A stretch of DNA of 64,000 bases from an uncultured Candidatus Saccharibacteria bacterium (GTDB lineage Bacteria > Patescibacteriota > Minisyncoccia > Phycocordibacterales > UBA9973). The translations under genes and the position numbers were made by a program. The notes beneath the pieces are model-generated. The model was not told where the DNA came from, did not search any database, and saw nothing but the letters and a program-made list of their open reading frames with translations. How positions within the stretch are numbered: position 1 is the stretch's first letter; each line of letters opens with the position of its first letter. The stretch is taken from contig CAZSFP010000002.1 of the NCBI GenBank assembly GCA_964606285.1, forward strand, positions 43,890-107,889, written 5' to 3'. Positions 8,720-17,990 of this stretch are shown one piece after another.

Positions 8720-9988
8720 ATGAAAAACGCATGGCATTATTTCAAAACGCTCGCAACTGATCGGATTTTGCGCCGACGAATTCTCTTTGTTATCGGAGCG
8801 ATGATTGTTTTCCGTGTTCTCGCGGCAATACCTATTCCAGGTGTTGATCCATCTCGTATCAGTGGTCTTCTTGCCAACAGTCAACTTGCAGGAATCTTGA
8901 ATGTTTTCTCTGGTGGTGGACTTTCTCGTCTCTCTATTATCATGCTTGGTGTTGCTCCATACATCACTTCATCGATTATTCTTCAACTTTTGACTCTCAT
9001 GGTCCCGTCTCTTAAATCTTTGTATCACGAAGAAGGTGAGATTGGTCGCAAGAAATTTTATCAATACGCACGTATCCTCACAGTCCCTCTCGCGGCACTT
9101 CAGGGTATTAGTTTCCTCATCCTCTTGTCACAACAGGGTGTGATTGTCGGCATGACGACATTTGGATTTATCGTGAATGTTATCATTATTGTTGCCGGAG
9201 CACTTCTCATTATGTGGATCGGGGAACTCATCAGTGAGTTTGGTATCGGTAACGGTATCTCACTCCTTATCTTTGCGGGTATCGTTGCTGCGATTCCAGG
9301 AACAGTCAATCAGTTTGCGTTTACGTTTGATACGGCATCTATTCCGGTTTATATCGCATATCTCGCTATTGCACTTATTGCAATCGCCGGTGTTGTCGCT
9401 GTCACTGAAGCTGAACGTCCAGTCGCGGTCACGTATGCAAAGCAATCTCGTGGTATGTCTGTCGGTGGTGTGCCAACATACTTACCACTTCGCTTGAATC
9501 AGGCAGGTGTCATGCCAATCATCTTTGCACTTTCTATCCTCTTGTTTCCGCAGTTGATCGCAAATCTTTTGTCATCTAGTACAAATAGTATTCTTCTTTC
9601 CATTTCACATGGTCTTTCATGGTTCGTTGCAAATCAGATCCTTTATGGTGCGGTCTACTTTGTTCTTGTATTTTTCTTTACGTACTTTTACACTGCCGTT
9701 ACGTTTGATCCTGAGCAAATGGCGAATAATCTCCAAAAGAGCGGCGCGTTTATCTCAGGTGTTCGTCCGGGACAATCAACTGTTTCATACGTCTCTGATA
9801 TTCTCTCTCGTGTAACATTTGTTGGTGCACTGTTCCTCGCAACTGTTGCGATCTTGCCGCTTATTCTTCAGTTTATGACGGGATCACAAAATCTTGCGAT
9901 TGGTGGTACATCACTCTTGATCGCTGTATCGGTCTCTATCGATCTCATCAAAAAGATCGAAGCAGAACTTTCTCTCCGCGAATATTAA
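8720..9988 (+). CDS. secY: Preprotein translocase SecY
   Basis: Multi-TM; LGVAPYITSSII, GIGNGISLLIF, NQAGVMPIIFA, GVRPG, GGTSLLI. Confidence 0.98.
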   Translation: MKNAWHYFKTLATDRILRRRILFVIGAMIVFRVLAAIPIPGVDPSRISGLLANSQLAGILNVFSGGGLSRLSIIMLGVAPYITSSIILQLLTLMVPSLKSLYHEEGEIGRKKFYQYARILTVPLAALQGISFLILLSQQGVIVGMTTFGFIVNVIIIVAGALLIMWIGELISEFGIGNGISLLIFAGIVAAIPGTVNQFAFTFDTASIPVYIAYLAIALIAIAGVVAVTEAERPVAVTYAKQSRGMSVGGVPTYLPLRLNQAGVMPIIFALSILLFPQLIANLLSSSTNSILLSISHGLSWFVANQILYGAVYFVLVFFFTYFYTAVTFDPEQMANNLQKSGAFISGVRPGQSTVSYVSDILSRVTFVGALFLATVAILPLILQFMTGSQNLAIGGTSLLIAVSVSIDLIKKIEAELSLREY

Positions 9989-10058
9989 GAACAAAAGAAG
10001 GCGCTATACGCCTTCTTTTGCTATACTGATGACATACATTCTATACGTAGGGATGAAT

Positions 10059-10190
10059 CCCGTTAGAGACCCTGCCTGCGGCAGGCAGGCGCGGTCGCTT
10101 GAAATTATCTTGTAAAATGTATACTTTATATATTATTAACTAATCTTAAGACTTGTTGCTGTTACACGACCGCGACCTGTCTCTAACGGG
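10059..10190. mobile_element. MITE-like inverted-repeat element (CCCGTTAGA family) at adk start codon
   Basis: 12-bp TIR CCCGTTAGAGAC/GTCTCTAACGGG; flanks ATGAAT/ATGAAA; nested palindrome cctgcctgcggcaggcagg. Confidence 0.7.
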
Positions 10191-10781
10191 ATGAAAACAC
10201 CGCATATATTTATATTCTTCGGTAAATCAGGTTCCGGTAAGGGTACACAGGCTGAGCTCCTCAAGACTGAACTTGAAGCTATGGATCGAAAGGTCATCTA
10301 TATAGAAACAGGACAGCTTATGCGCGATTTTGTGGCTTCTGGCGATGGATATCTCCAAAAGAGGACCAATGATATCATCGGTACGGGTGGCCTTATGCCG
10401 ATCTTTTTCCCGACCTATTTGTGGGCAAAAGTGTTGGTGGAAAAATATACCGGATCGGAAGACATCATCTTTGACGGTGTATCCCGTCGGATCGAAGAAG
10501 CGCCAGTCATCGATGCCGCACTCGATTTCCTCAATGTCGAACATCGTTCCGTTATTCATATCGACGTGTCGGACAAGTGGGTTATAGATCGGTTGACTGC
10601 TCGTGGTCGGACTGATGATTCTATTTCTGGTATACAGAAACGTCTCGCATGGTATCTCGAAAATGTTGTTCCTGTACTCGGATATTTTGAAAACCGGAAG
10701 GCATACCGATTTTTCGAAATCAACGGTGAACAGCCTATCGAACAAGTCCATGCTGAAATTATGAAAAAACTTACTGCATGA
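10191..10781 (+). CDS. adk: Adenylate kinase (short LID)
   Basis: P-loop GKSGSGKGTQ; FDG..R; RGRTDD; follows secY. Confidence 0.9.
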   Translation: MKTPHIFIFFGKSGSGKGTQAELLKTELEAMDRKVIYIETGQLMRDFVASGDGYLQKRTNDIIGTGGLMPIFFPTYLWAKVLVEKYTGSEDIIFDGVSRRIEEAPVIDAALDFLNVEHRSVIHIDVSDKWVIDRLTARGRTDDSISGIQKRLAWYLENVVPVLGYFENRKAYRFFEINGEQPIEQVHAEIMKKLTA

Positions 10782-11539
10782 TTACTAAAAAATCACAACA
10801 AGATATAGAGAAACTTCGTGTCGGCGGCAAGCGCCTTGCAACTGTTCTTGAGAAAGTTTCCAAAAAAGTCACTCCCGGTGTCACAACAGGGGAGCTTGAT
10901 ATGTATGCGCGAGAACTTATTGCGGAATATGGCGACGTGCCCGCATTTCTCAATTATACACCCGAGGGTGCATCCTTTCCGTATCCAGCTGCACTGTGTG
11001 TTTCGATCAACGACGAGGTTGTTCATGGTATTCCCGGAAATAGAGTAATTCATGAAGGAGATATTGTTTCTATTGATTGTGGTATTAAACATGATGGTAT
11101 GTTCACTGACAGTGCCCGAACGGTTATCGTTGGATCGGGAACAAAAAAGGAACGTTTGATGCTCGAAACTGCATGGCAGGCGCTCGAGGCCGGTATAGCT
11201 GCTGCCCGTGTAGGGAACAAAACTGGTGATATTAGTGCTGCCATCGAAGCAGTTATTCGTCCGCATGGATTTGGTATCATTCGTGATCTTGCGGGTCATG
11301 GCGTCGGCCACAAAATTCATGAAGATCCATTTATTCCAAACTATGGAAAGCGCGGTACAGGCACAAAACTCGAAGCCGGTATGGTTGTCGCACTCGAACC
11401 GATGATAACGCTTGGTGGCGAAGACGTTATCACTGCTGCTGATGGATACACTCTCAAAACTCGAGACGGTTCCCGTGCTGTCCATACTGAACACACGATC
11501 GTCATTACCGACGGCGATCCTGAAATTTTGACCGCATAA
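10778..11539 (+). CDS. map: Methionine aminopeptidase type I
   Basis: CVSINDEVVHGIP, DIVSIDCG, GHGVGHKIHEDP, EPM, HTEHT. Confidence 0.97.
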   Translation: MITKKSQQDIEKLRVGGKRLATVLEKVSKKVTPGVTTGELDMYARELIAEYGDVPAFLNYTPEGASFPYPAALCVSINDEVVHGIPGNRVIHEGDIVSIDCGIKHDGMFTDSARTVIVGSGTKKERLMLETAWQALEAGIAAARVGNKTGDISAAIEAVIRPHGFGIIRDLAGHGVGHKIHEDPFIPNYGKRGTGTKLEAGMVVALEPMITLGGEDVITAADGYTLKTRDGSRAVHTEHTIVITDGDPEILTA

Positions 11540-11582
11540 TATGAGACACTTTGTCGCGGTCGCGACAAAGTGTCTCATATTA
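11537..11582. repeat. 22-bp perfect palindrome
   Basis: taatatgagacactttgtcgcg-gt-cgcgacaaagtgtctcatatta. Confidence 0.85.
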
Positions 11583-11654
11583 GTTTTCATTCATTTTAAT
11601 TTATATAGAAAAAATCGACTCATCTGATGAGTCGATTTTTTTATGTGTAAAATA

Positions 11655-12182
11655 TTATTTTTCTAATCCGGCTACATATGTTGTCATCATACCAGTAATT
11701 TCAAGTTTCGCTTTCTTTATGTTTTCCATCAATGTAACTTTTTCGGGACCATTACCCATATCTTCAGCGGTTTTGAGCATTGTTTTAAGTGTATCAATTT
11801 TGTTTTGAGGAATATCATATCGCTTAACCAGACTGTTCCATATTTCACCACCACCCATATTGCCCAGTCCACCCAATCCAGTTTCAACTGTTTTTATATA
11901 TGTAATATCTTTGATATCTTCTTTGAGTTGTTCCGCGGGGCTTGTTCCAAATCTTTTTTCATATGCATTTTTTAGTTTTGCAAAAAATCCCTTCTCTTTT
12001 ACAGGAACTTTATCAGCAACAACTGTTTGCAAGTTGCTAATATTTTCTATTTTTTCTTTATATTTTTTTGTAAACGCAGCATGATCCATACCGCCTGCAT
12101 CTGTAGGATTAGTATCAATTTTCAAAATTTCTCCTTCTTTAGGATTTATATTTATTGGTTCTTTTTTTATTTCTGTTTCCAT
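11655..12182 (-). CDS. Hypothetical protein
   Basis: 175-aa AT-rich ORF, charged and helical; terminator at ~11608-11642. Confidence 0.7.
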   Translation of the reverse strand: METEIKKEPININPKEGEILKIDTNPTDAGGMDHAAFTKKYKEKIENISNLQTVVADKVPVKEKGFFAKLKNAYEKRFGTSPAEQLKEDIKDITYIKTVETGLGGLGNMGGGEIWNSLVKRYDIPQNKIDTLKTMLKTAEDMGNGPEKVTLMENIKKAKLEITGMMTTYVAGLEK

Positions 12183-12183
12183 A

Positions 12184-12333
12184 TTATTGTGCTAATAGTT
12201 TATTTTTAATATCTTGTATCGCGATGTCATCCTTCGTTTTCTTGAGAAATTTTTCGTACTCGTCGATGAATTGTTTCCGCTCTTCTTCTGTTGCGGTATC
12301 ATTCTCTATTTTTTCGAGTAATTCTTCAAGCAT
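12184..12333 (-). CDS. Small hypothetical protein (49 aa)
   Basis: MLEELLEKIEND...; TACACT -10 box 6 nt before ATG; stop abuts next ATG. Confidence 0.6.
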   Translation of the reverse strand: MLEELLEKIENDTATEEERKQFIDEYEKFLKKTKDDIAIQDIKNKLLAQ

Positions 12334-12412
12334 GGATATAGTGTACCATGGGGTATATTTGTCAACAAATACCGTTCTTGATGAGAAAAGACCATGATAT
12401 ACTTGTTCGTAT

Positions 12413-15136
12413 ATGGAACTGTCTCCAAATTCGCAATTCAAAACTCCAGAAGAAGAAATCAAATTTCTTCGCGAACAGGTTACTCGTCATGAAGATGCAC
12501 TTCGTGAAGCAACCGGCTCCGCTAACCGGGAAAAAATAACCGAAGATGTTGTGAAGGAATATGCAAAGACACCGGTAGAAAAAGTCTTGCCTGTCGAACG
12601 AATCACCCCCGAAGCATCGCATGATGCGATCGTTCTCGCGCTTAAGCCTGAAACGCATGACAAGCAGATAGAAGAACTGCTCGGTGTGCTTCTCGATCAA
12701 GGGATCAAGAACGCATTGTCACTTCTCGAGAAAATGAACAATCCGCATCTCGATGATGATTTTCATCGCTTTCTCGTCCAGTATATTCATAGTGTCGGGC
12801 CCATACCGGGGGATACCGAAGGTGGACCGCTCTGGAAACCGCTTCGCATGACTTTGTTTGAAATCGCGATTCCAGAAAATGAAAATAAGGAACAGAAAAG
12901 TACCAAAGAATTTTTGGGTGCAATGGAACAGTTTCTCGCAGGTATGCAATCGATCGGCACTGACAATAAAAATGCCGGACGGGAATATTTCGTCATCGAA
13001 CTCGCCAAGGCATCTGGATCTACATCGGTGGTCATTTATGTTGCAGTTCCAAATGAAAAGATCGATCTTTTTGAAAAACAAATTCTCTCGTTTTATCATG
13101 GAACAAAAGTCCGTGCAGTGACGGATGATTACAATATATTCATCGACGGATCAGTTGCCGCCGCGATGACCGCGAAACTTTCCCGAGAACCGATTTATCC
13201 GATCAAAACGTATGACCAGATGGAACAAGATCCGATGAACACACTTTTGAACGTTTTTTCAAAGCTTGGTAAAGACGGGGAAGGTGCGGCGATGCAGATT
13301 GTTGTTTCGCCGGTTGGAGAGAAAGAAGACAAGAAGTTCTCTGTGATTCTCGAATCACTCCGCAAAGGTAAATCACTCAAAGAAGCGATGCTGCCATACG
13401 CCGGTTTTGACAAACAGTTGATCGATATCGGTAAAGGATTTTTCTCTTCCAAAAAAGAATCAGATGAAAAGAAAACGGATGATGGTGCTATTGCAAAATT
13501 GACGGAAAAACTCAAATCATCAACCTTACACACATCGATCAAGATCGTCGCGTCTGCGGGTACGTCTGTGCGAGCAGAACAAATTCTTTCTGAAGTCGCA
13601 TCATCCTTCAATCAGTTCAATGATCCGACCGGCAATCAGCTCATCTTTGAAAAGGTTCCAGAGAAAAAAATAGCGTCGGTGCTTCATGATTTCTCATATC
13701 GTCTATACGATGATGAAAAATCTCTCGCACTCAATTTCCGTGAACTTGCGTCAGTGTTTCATTTTCCGATGGGGCTCGTGAGTAATCCACTGCTTCGTCA
13801 ATCAACAGCCGCGTCTGCACCGGCACCGCTCGATACTGCTGCCGATGGTATTTTGCTTGGCACCAATCTCCACCGTGCAGTCAAGACAGAGGTTCGCATG
13901 GGACGCGAAGACCGCATGCGACACTTCTACGTTATCGGTCAGACAGGTACTGGTAAAACCAATATGCTCAAGGTCATGGCGGCACAAGACATCGCCAATG
14001 GCGACGGTTGTTGTTTTATCGACCCACACGGAACTGATGTCCAAGACCTTCTTTCGTATGTACCAAAGGAACGTATTGATGATGTGATTTATTTTGATCC
14101 TGCATATACGGCACGGCCGATGGGACTCAACATGCTTGAATTTGATCCACGATTTCCGGAACAAAAAACCATGGTTATCGATACGCTTATGACAATGTTT
14201 GATCAGTTATTCAACTTGAAGGCGAGTGGTGCCGGTGGACCGCTCTTTGAACAATATTTCAAAAACAGCACGCTTCTTGTAATGGAACATCCTGAAAGTG
14301 GAGCAACACTTCTTGAAGTTGTTCGTGTTATGTCTGACAAGGCGTTTCGTGATATGAAACTTTCACATTGCAAAAATCCAATTATTACAAATTTTTGGAA
14401 ATCCGCTGAAGCAACGACAGGGGATCAGGGACTCCAGAACTTTGTGCCGTACATCACATCCAAGTTCGACCCCCTCATTTCAAATGAATTTATGCGTCCT
14501 ATCGTACTCCAGGAGAAGTCTGTTCTCAATATGCGCGATATCATGGACAACAAAAAGATTTTGCTCGTAAATCTATCCAAGGGCCGCCTTGGTGACATCA
14601 ATGCGAACCTGATCGGTATGATTCTTGTCATGAAATTCCAAATGGCGGCGCTTTCTCGCGTTGATTCATATGGTCAGAAATTGCAGGATTTCTACCTCTA
14701 TATCGACGAATTCCAAAACGTGACTACACCAGCTATTTCTTCTATTCTTTCTGAAGCCCGCAAATACCGATTGTCGCTCAATATTGCCCACCAATACATC
14801 GGTCAACTACCAGAAGACATCAAGGGTGCCGTATTCGGTAACGTCGGCTCAATGGCGATTTTCCGTATCAGTCCAGAAGATGCAAAATTCATGGAAGCGA
14901 AATTCGCACCGACATTTTCTGCTGCCGATATTTCCAAAATAGAAAACTACAATGCGTACGTCAGCATGCTTGTCCGTGGTACACCGGTCAAACCGTTCAA
15001 TATCGCCGTGCCGCCACCACCAAAAGGAAACAAAGATATGGTCCAGAACTTGAAAGAATTGTCATATCTCACGTATGGTCGCGATCGAGCAGAAGTCGAA
15101 ACTGAAGTTTTTGCAAAGTTTGAAAGAGCACAATAA
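12413..15136 (+). CDS. VirD4/TraD/HerA-like P-loop ATPase with N-terminal extension
   Basis: Walker A GQTGTGKT, IDPHG, Walker B LYIDEFQN, LSEARKYRL.L.IAHQ. Confidence 0.88.
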   Translation: MELSPNSQFKTPEEEIKFLREQVTRHEDALREATGSANREKITEDVVKEYAKTPVEKVLPVERITPEASHDAIVLALKPETHDKQIEELLGVLLDQGIKNALSLLEKMNNPHLDDDFHRFLVQYIHSVGPIPGDTEGGPLWKPLRMTLFEIAIPENENKEQKSTKEFLGAMEQFLAGMQSIGTDNKNAGREYFVIELAKASGSTSVVIYVAVPNEKIDLFEKQILSFYHGTKVRAVTDDYNIFIDGSVAAAMTAKLSREPIYPIKTYDQMEQDPMNTLLNVFSKLGKDGEGAAMQIVVSPVGEKEDKKFSVILESLRKGKSLKEAMLPYAGFDKQLIDIGKGFFSSKKESDEKKTDDGAIAKLTEKLKSSTLHTSIKIVASAGTSVRAEQILSEVASSFNQFNDPTGNQLIFEKVPEKKIASVLHDFSYRLYDDEKSLALNFRELASVFHFPMGLVSNPLLRQSTAASAPAPLDTAADGILLGTNLHRAVKTEVRMGREDRMRHFYVIGQTGTGKTNMLKVMAAQDIANGDGCCFIDPHGTDVQDLLSYVPKERIDDVIYFDPAYTARPMGLNMLEFDPRFPEQKTMVIDTLMTMFDQLFNLKASGAGGPLFEQYFKNSTLLVMEHPESGATLLEVVRVMSDKAFRDMKLSHCKNPIITNFWKSAEATTGDQGLQNFVPYITSKFDPLISNEFMRPIVLQEKSVLNMRDIMDNKKILLVNLSKGRLGDINANLIGMILVMKFQMAALSRVDSYGQKLQDFYLYIDEFQNVTTPAISSILSEARKYRLSLNIAHQYIGQLPEDIKGAVFGNVGSMAIFRISPEDAKFMEAKFAPTFSAADISKIENYNAYVSMLVRGTPVKPFNIAVPPPPKGNKDMVQNLKELSYLTYGRDRAEVETEVFAKFERAQ

Positions 15137-15204
15137 CTGTCAGCTTGTGTTTCTTCTCAATTTTGATAGGATGGTGAAGTTATTATTTAAATAAAAGAAT
15201 ATCT

Positions 15205-15786
15205 ATGCATTTGAAAGAAGAAAAAACATACGTCATGATCAAGCCTGATGGCGTCAAGAAAGGATTGATCGGGGAGATTATCAAGCGGTTCGAACAGCGC
15301 GATTTGAAAATCGTCGCTCTCGAGATGTTTCAGCCGACAAAAGAGCTCATTGATAGTCATTATCCAAAGGAAGAAGCATGGATTACTCGATTGGGAACAA
15401 AGACTCTTACGACCTACGGCAAATACAATATTGATCCGGTCGAAGCGTTGGGAACTGATCAGGCGCATGAAATCGGCCCAATGGTCCGATCATGGCTTAT
15501 CGAATACATGGTCTCTGCACCGCTCGTAAAAATGGTTGTTCAAGGCGTTCATGCTGTTGATATGGTGCGAAAAATTGCCGGCGAAACAATGCCATATCTC
15601 GCAGCGATGGGCACTATTCGCGGTGATTTCTCAAATGATTCTCCTGCACTCGCAAACACTGAAAAGCGTTCAGTTATGAATATCATTCACGCATCAGAAA
15701 CAGCAGAAGAAGCAGCTCATGAAATCAAACATTGGTTTGGTGATATAAAATTGATGGACTATAAACGCCACGGAGTTGACGAGTAA
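15205..15786 (+). CDS. ndk: Nucleoside diphosphate kinase
   Basis: KTYVMIKPDGV..GLIGEII.RFE; GTIRGDF; NIIHAS catalytic His. Confidence 0.95.
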   Translation: MHLKEEKTYVMIKPDGVKKGLIGEIIKRFEQRDLKIVALEMFQPTKELIDSHYPKEEAWITRLGTKTLTTYGKYNIDPVEALGTDQAHEIGPMVRSWLIEYMVSAPLVKMVVQGVHAVDMVRKIAGETMPYLAAMGTIRGDFSNDSPALANTEKRSVMNIIHASETAEEAAHEIKHWFGDIKLMDYKRHGVDE

Positions 15787-15850
15787 TACAAGATAGTATT
15801 GCAAAGATATTAACATCTTGATCAGGCTAAAAGGGAATGTATACTGTATG

Positions 15851-15979
15851 TAGGGTTACTTGGCATATTACCTAGAAACACATATTTCTCGGGAGCCGGC
15901 AGTAAGATAAGCGATTATCTCTCTTGTCTTCAGGCACCCACTTAGCTTACGGCTAAGGTAATATTCCCAGGTAGCCCTA
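15851..15979 (+). ncRNA. 6S RNA-like structured RNA
   Basis: Rod-like fold: TAGGGTTACTTGG/CCAGGTAGCCCTA, ATATTACC/GGTAATAT, central bubble, GGGAGCC/GGCACCC, terminal stem; promoter TTGATC-16-TATACT (15818-15845); terminator 15981-16010. Confidence 0.7.
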
Positions 15980-16048
15980 AGTAAAAATCTCTCGCAAGAG
16001 GGATTTTTACTTTTTGGAAGTCTTTTCTTTTTTATGTATACTTAATCT

Positions 16049-16441
16049 ATGAAATCTTATCTCCTCCGGTCGGTTGTGATCACTATTCTCTTGGTGTTCA
16101 TTCTCAATGCACTTGGTATCTATTCATTTTGGTACTCGAGTATCTCATGGTACGACATGCTGGTTCATTTCTTGGGAGGGGTGTTTATTGGTTTTCTATT
16201 GCTCTATCTTTTTCCACGATTTCGGACATTGCCGACAAAGCGGACCATTCATCTGATTATTTTAGGTGTCGTGATTATCGGCGTTGGATGGGAGTTGTTT
16301 GAATATGTGGTCTGGATGTTGACCCATGATACGCCAAATGCATTTTCTGAGGCTATATCTGATGTTATTTGTGATGCATTTGGTGGAGCGTTGGCTGTCA
16401 GTCTTTTCCTCATGCGTCGAAGAAAATTTCCTACGGTATAG
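16049..16441 (+). CDS. Small integral membrane protein (DUF2238/VanZ-like)
   Basis: 4 TM segments; WYD..VHFLGG, WELFEY, D..D..G motifs. Confidence 0.7.
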   Translation: MKSYLLRSVVITILLVFILNALGIYSFWYSSISWYDMLVHFLGGVFIGFLLLYLFPRFRTLPTKRTIHLIILGVVIIGVGWELFEYVVWMLTHDTPNAFSEAISDVICDAFGGALAVSLFLMRRRKFPTV

Positions 16442-16453
16442 TATACTGTGAGT

Positions 16454-17830
16454 ATGGAAAACACAGAGAAAAAATTGAAACTGACATTTTGCGGCGGAAC
16501 TGGATCGGTGACCGGCGCAAATTTTCTTATTGAAAGTCCGGACAAAAAATTCATCATTGACTGCGGTCTCGAACAGGGAACCAAGCTTGCCGACGACAAG
16601 AACTGGGACAATTTTCTCTACAATGCCGCAGATATCGACATCCTCTTTATTACACATGCCCATGTTGATCATATCGGCCGTATTCCAAAGCTCTACTATG
16701 ACGGATTTCGTGGACGAATCATTTCAACGGATGCAACACATGATCTTGCATTGCCGATGCTTCTTGATACCGTTCAAATTCTCGGTAAAAGTGAGGAGCA
16801 TAATCTACGTAATATTTATACTGAACAATCTGTCGTCGAGATCATGAAACTCTGGGAAGGAGTGCCGTACCACCAGGCGATACATATAGATCACGGATTT
16901 ACTTGTCGATTCTTTGATGCGGGACATGTACTCGGTTCTGGTATGCTTGAAATGACCTATGGACGAAGAAAGATAGTATTTACTGGTGATCTCGGCAACT
17001 CACCGTCGCCACTCCTCGAAAACACTGAGCAGATTCATGACGTGGATTATATCGTTATGGAATCGGTTTACGGTGATCGCAATCATGAACATCGCGATAT
17101 GCGTCGCAGCCGGCTCGAACAAGTCATCAATGAAAATTATCAACGAAAGGGAACGCTCATGATCCCGACATTTTCTCTCGAACGAACGCAGGAGCTTCTC
17201 TTTGAAATAAATGAACTTGTCGAAAACGGCAAAGTGCCGGAGATGCCGATTTATCTCGATTCACCGCTCGGTATAGCGCTTACAAAAATTTATAGAAAAT
17301 ACGTGCATTATTTCAATGATAAGGCACGTGATCATATCCATGACGGTGATGATATTTTCAATTTCCCTGGACTCAAATCGACAGTCAAAACAGATGAATC
17401 CAAAGCAATCTTGGGATCACCAAATCCAAAGATCATCATTGCGGGGAGTGGTATGTCATCTGGTGGACGCATTCTTCATCATGAAAAAAACTATCTTCCG
17501 GATCCGAACAATACGATTCTCCTCACCGGGTATCAGTCGATCGGAACGCTTGGACGCTATATCGAAGAAGGTGCAAAAGAGGTTACCATCATGCACGAAA
17601 CAGTGCCTGTCCGTGCCCGTTTTGAGAAAATCAGTGGGTATTCCGGCCACAAAGACATGGATCACCTCGTATCATTTATCGAGGGGGCGAGTAATGGACT
17701 CGACAAAGTGTTTGTCACCATGGGTGAGCCGGCTTCTTCGATGTTCCTCGCGCAGCGATTGCACAATGAACTCGGTGTTGACGCGATTGCGCCACAGTTT
17801 GGCGATAGTGTTGAAATAGACTTTTCGTAA
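16454..17830 (+). CDS. MBL-fold beta-CASP ribonuclease
   Basis: THAHVDHIG, DAGHVLGS, FTGDLG, MESVYG, YSGHKD. Confidence 0.93.
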   Translation: MENTEKKLKLTFCGGTGSVTGANFLIESPDKKFIIDCGLEQGTKLADDKNWDNFLYNAADIDILFITHAHVDHIGRIPKLYYDGFRGRIISTDATHDLALPMLLDTVQILGKSEEHNLRNIYTEQSVVEIMKLWEGVPYHQAIHIDHGFTCRFFDAGHVLGSGMLEMTYGRRKIVFTGDLGNSPSPLLENTEQIHDVDYIVMESVYGDRNHEHRDMRRSRLEQVINENYQRKGTLMIPTFSLERTQELLFEINELVENGKVPEMPIYLDSPLGIALTKIYRKYVHYFNDKARDHIHDGDDIFNFPGLKSTVKTDESKAILGSPNPKIIIAGSGMSSGGRILHHEKNYLPDPNNTILLTGYQSIGTLGRYIEEGAKEVTIMHETVPVRARFEKISGYSGHKDMDHLVSFIEGASNGLDKVFVTMGEPASSMFLAQRLHNELGVDAIAPQFGDSVEIDFS

Positions 17831-17841
17831 TTGTATTTACT

Positions 17842-17956
17842 CCCTCTCCTAGATTAGGAGAGGGTTGGGGTGAGGTCGATATCTGTATCAAAAAAATACT
17901 ACAATACTTCAACCTCATCCGCCTTTCAGGCACCTTCTCCTAATCTAGGAGAAGGG
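17842..17956. repeat. REP-like palindromic repeat pair (further copy at 59311-59334)
   Basis: ccctctcctagattaggagaggg...ccttctcctaatctaggagaagg; related ccctctcctagtctaggagaaggg at 59311. Confidence 0.75.
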
Positions 17957-17990
17957 GAAACAAAAACCCCTCGATAGCGAGGGGTTTTTA

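Noticed and set aside
10059-10190. Integron attC sites (GTTAGAN / NTCTAAC resemble GTTRRRY / RYYYAAC)
   Set aside because: Box order is reversed relative to attC, there is no cassette array and no integron integrase in the window.
10793-11590. Long antisense ORFs (also 21966-22709, 41839-42672, 46088-46681)
   Set aside because: Shadows of well-supported genes on the opposite strand; no recognisable motifs.
15851-15979. SRP (4.5S) RNA
   Set aside because: Lacks the conserved domain IV motif (CAGG...GGAA...AGCAG); the fold fits 6S better.
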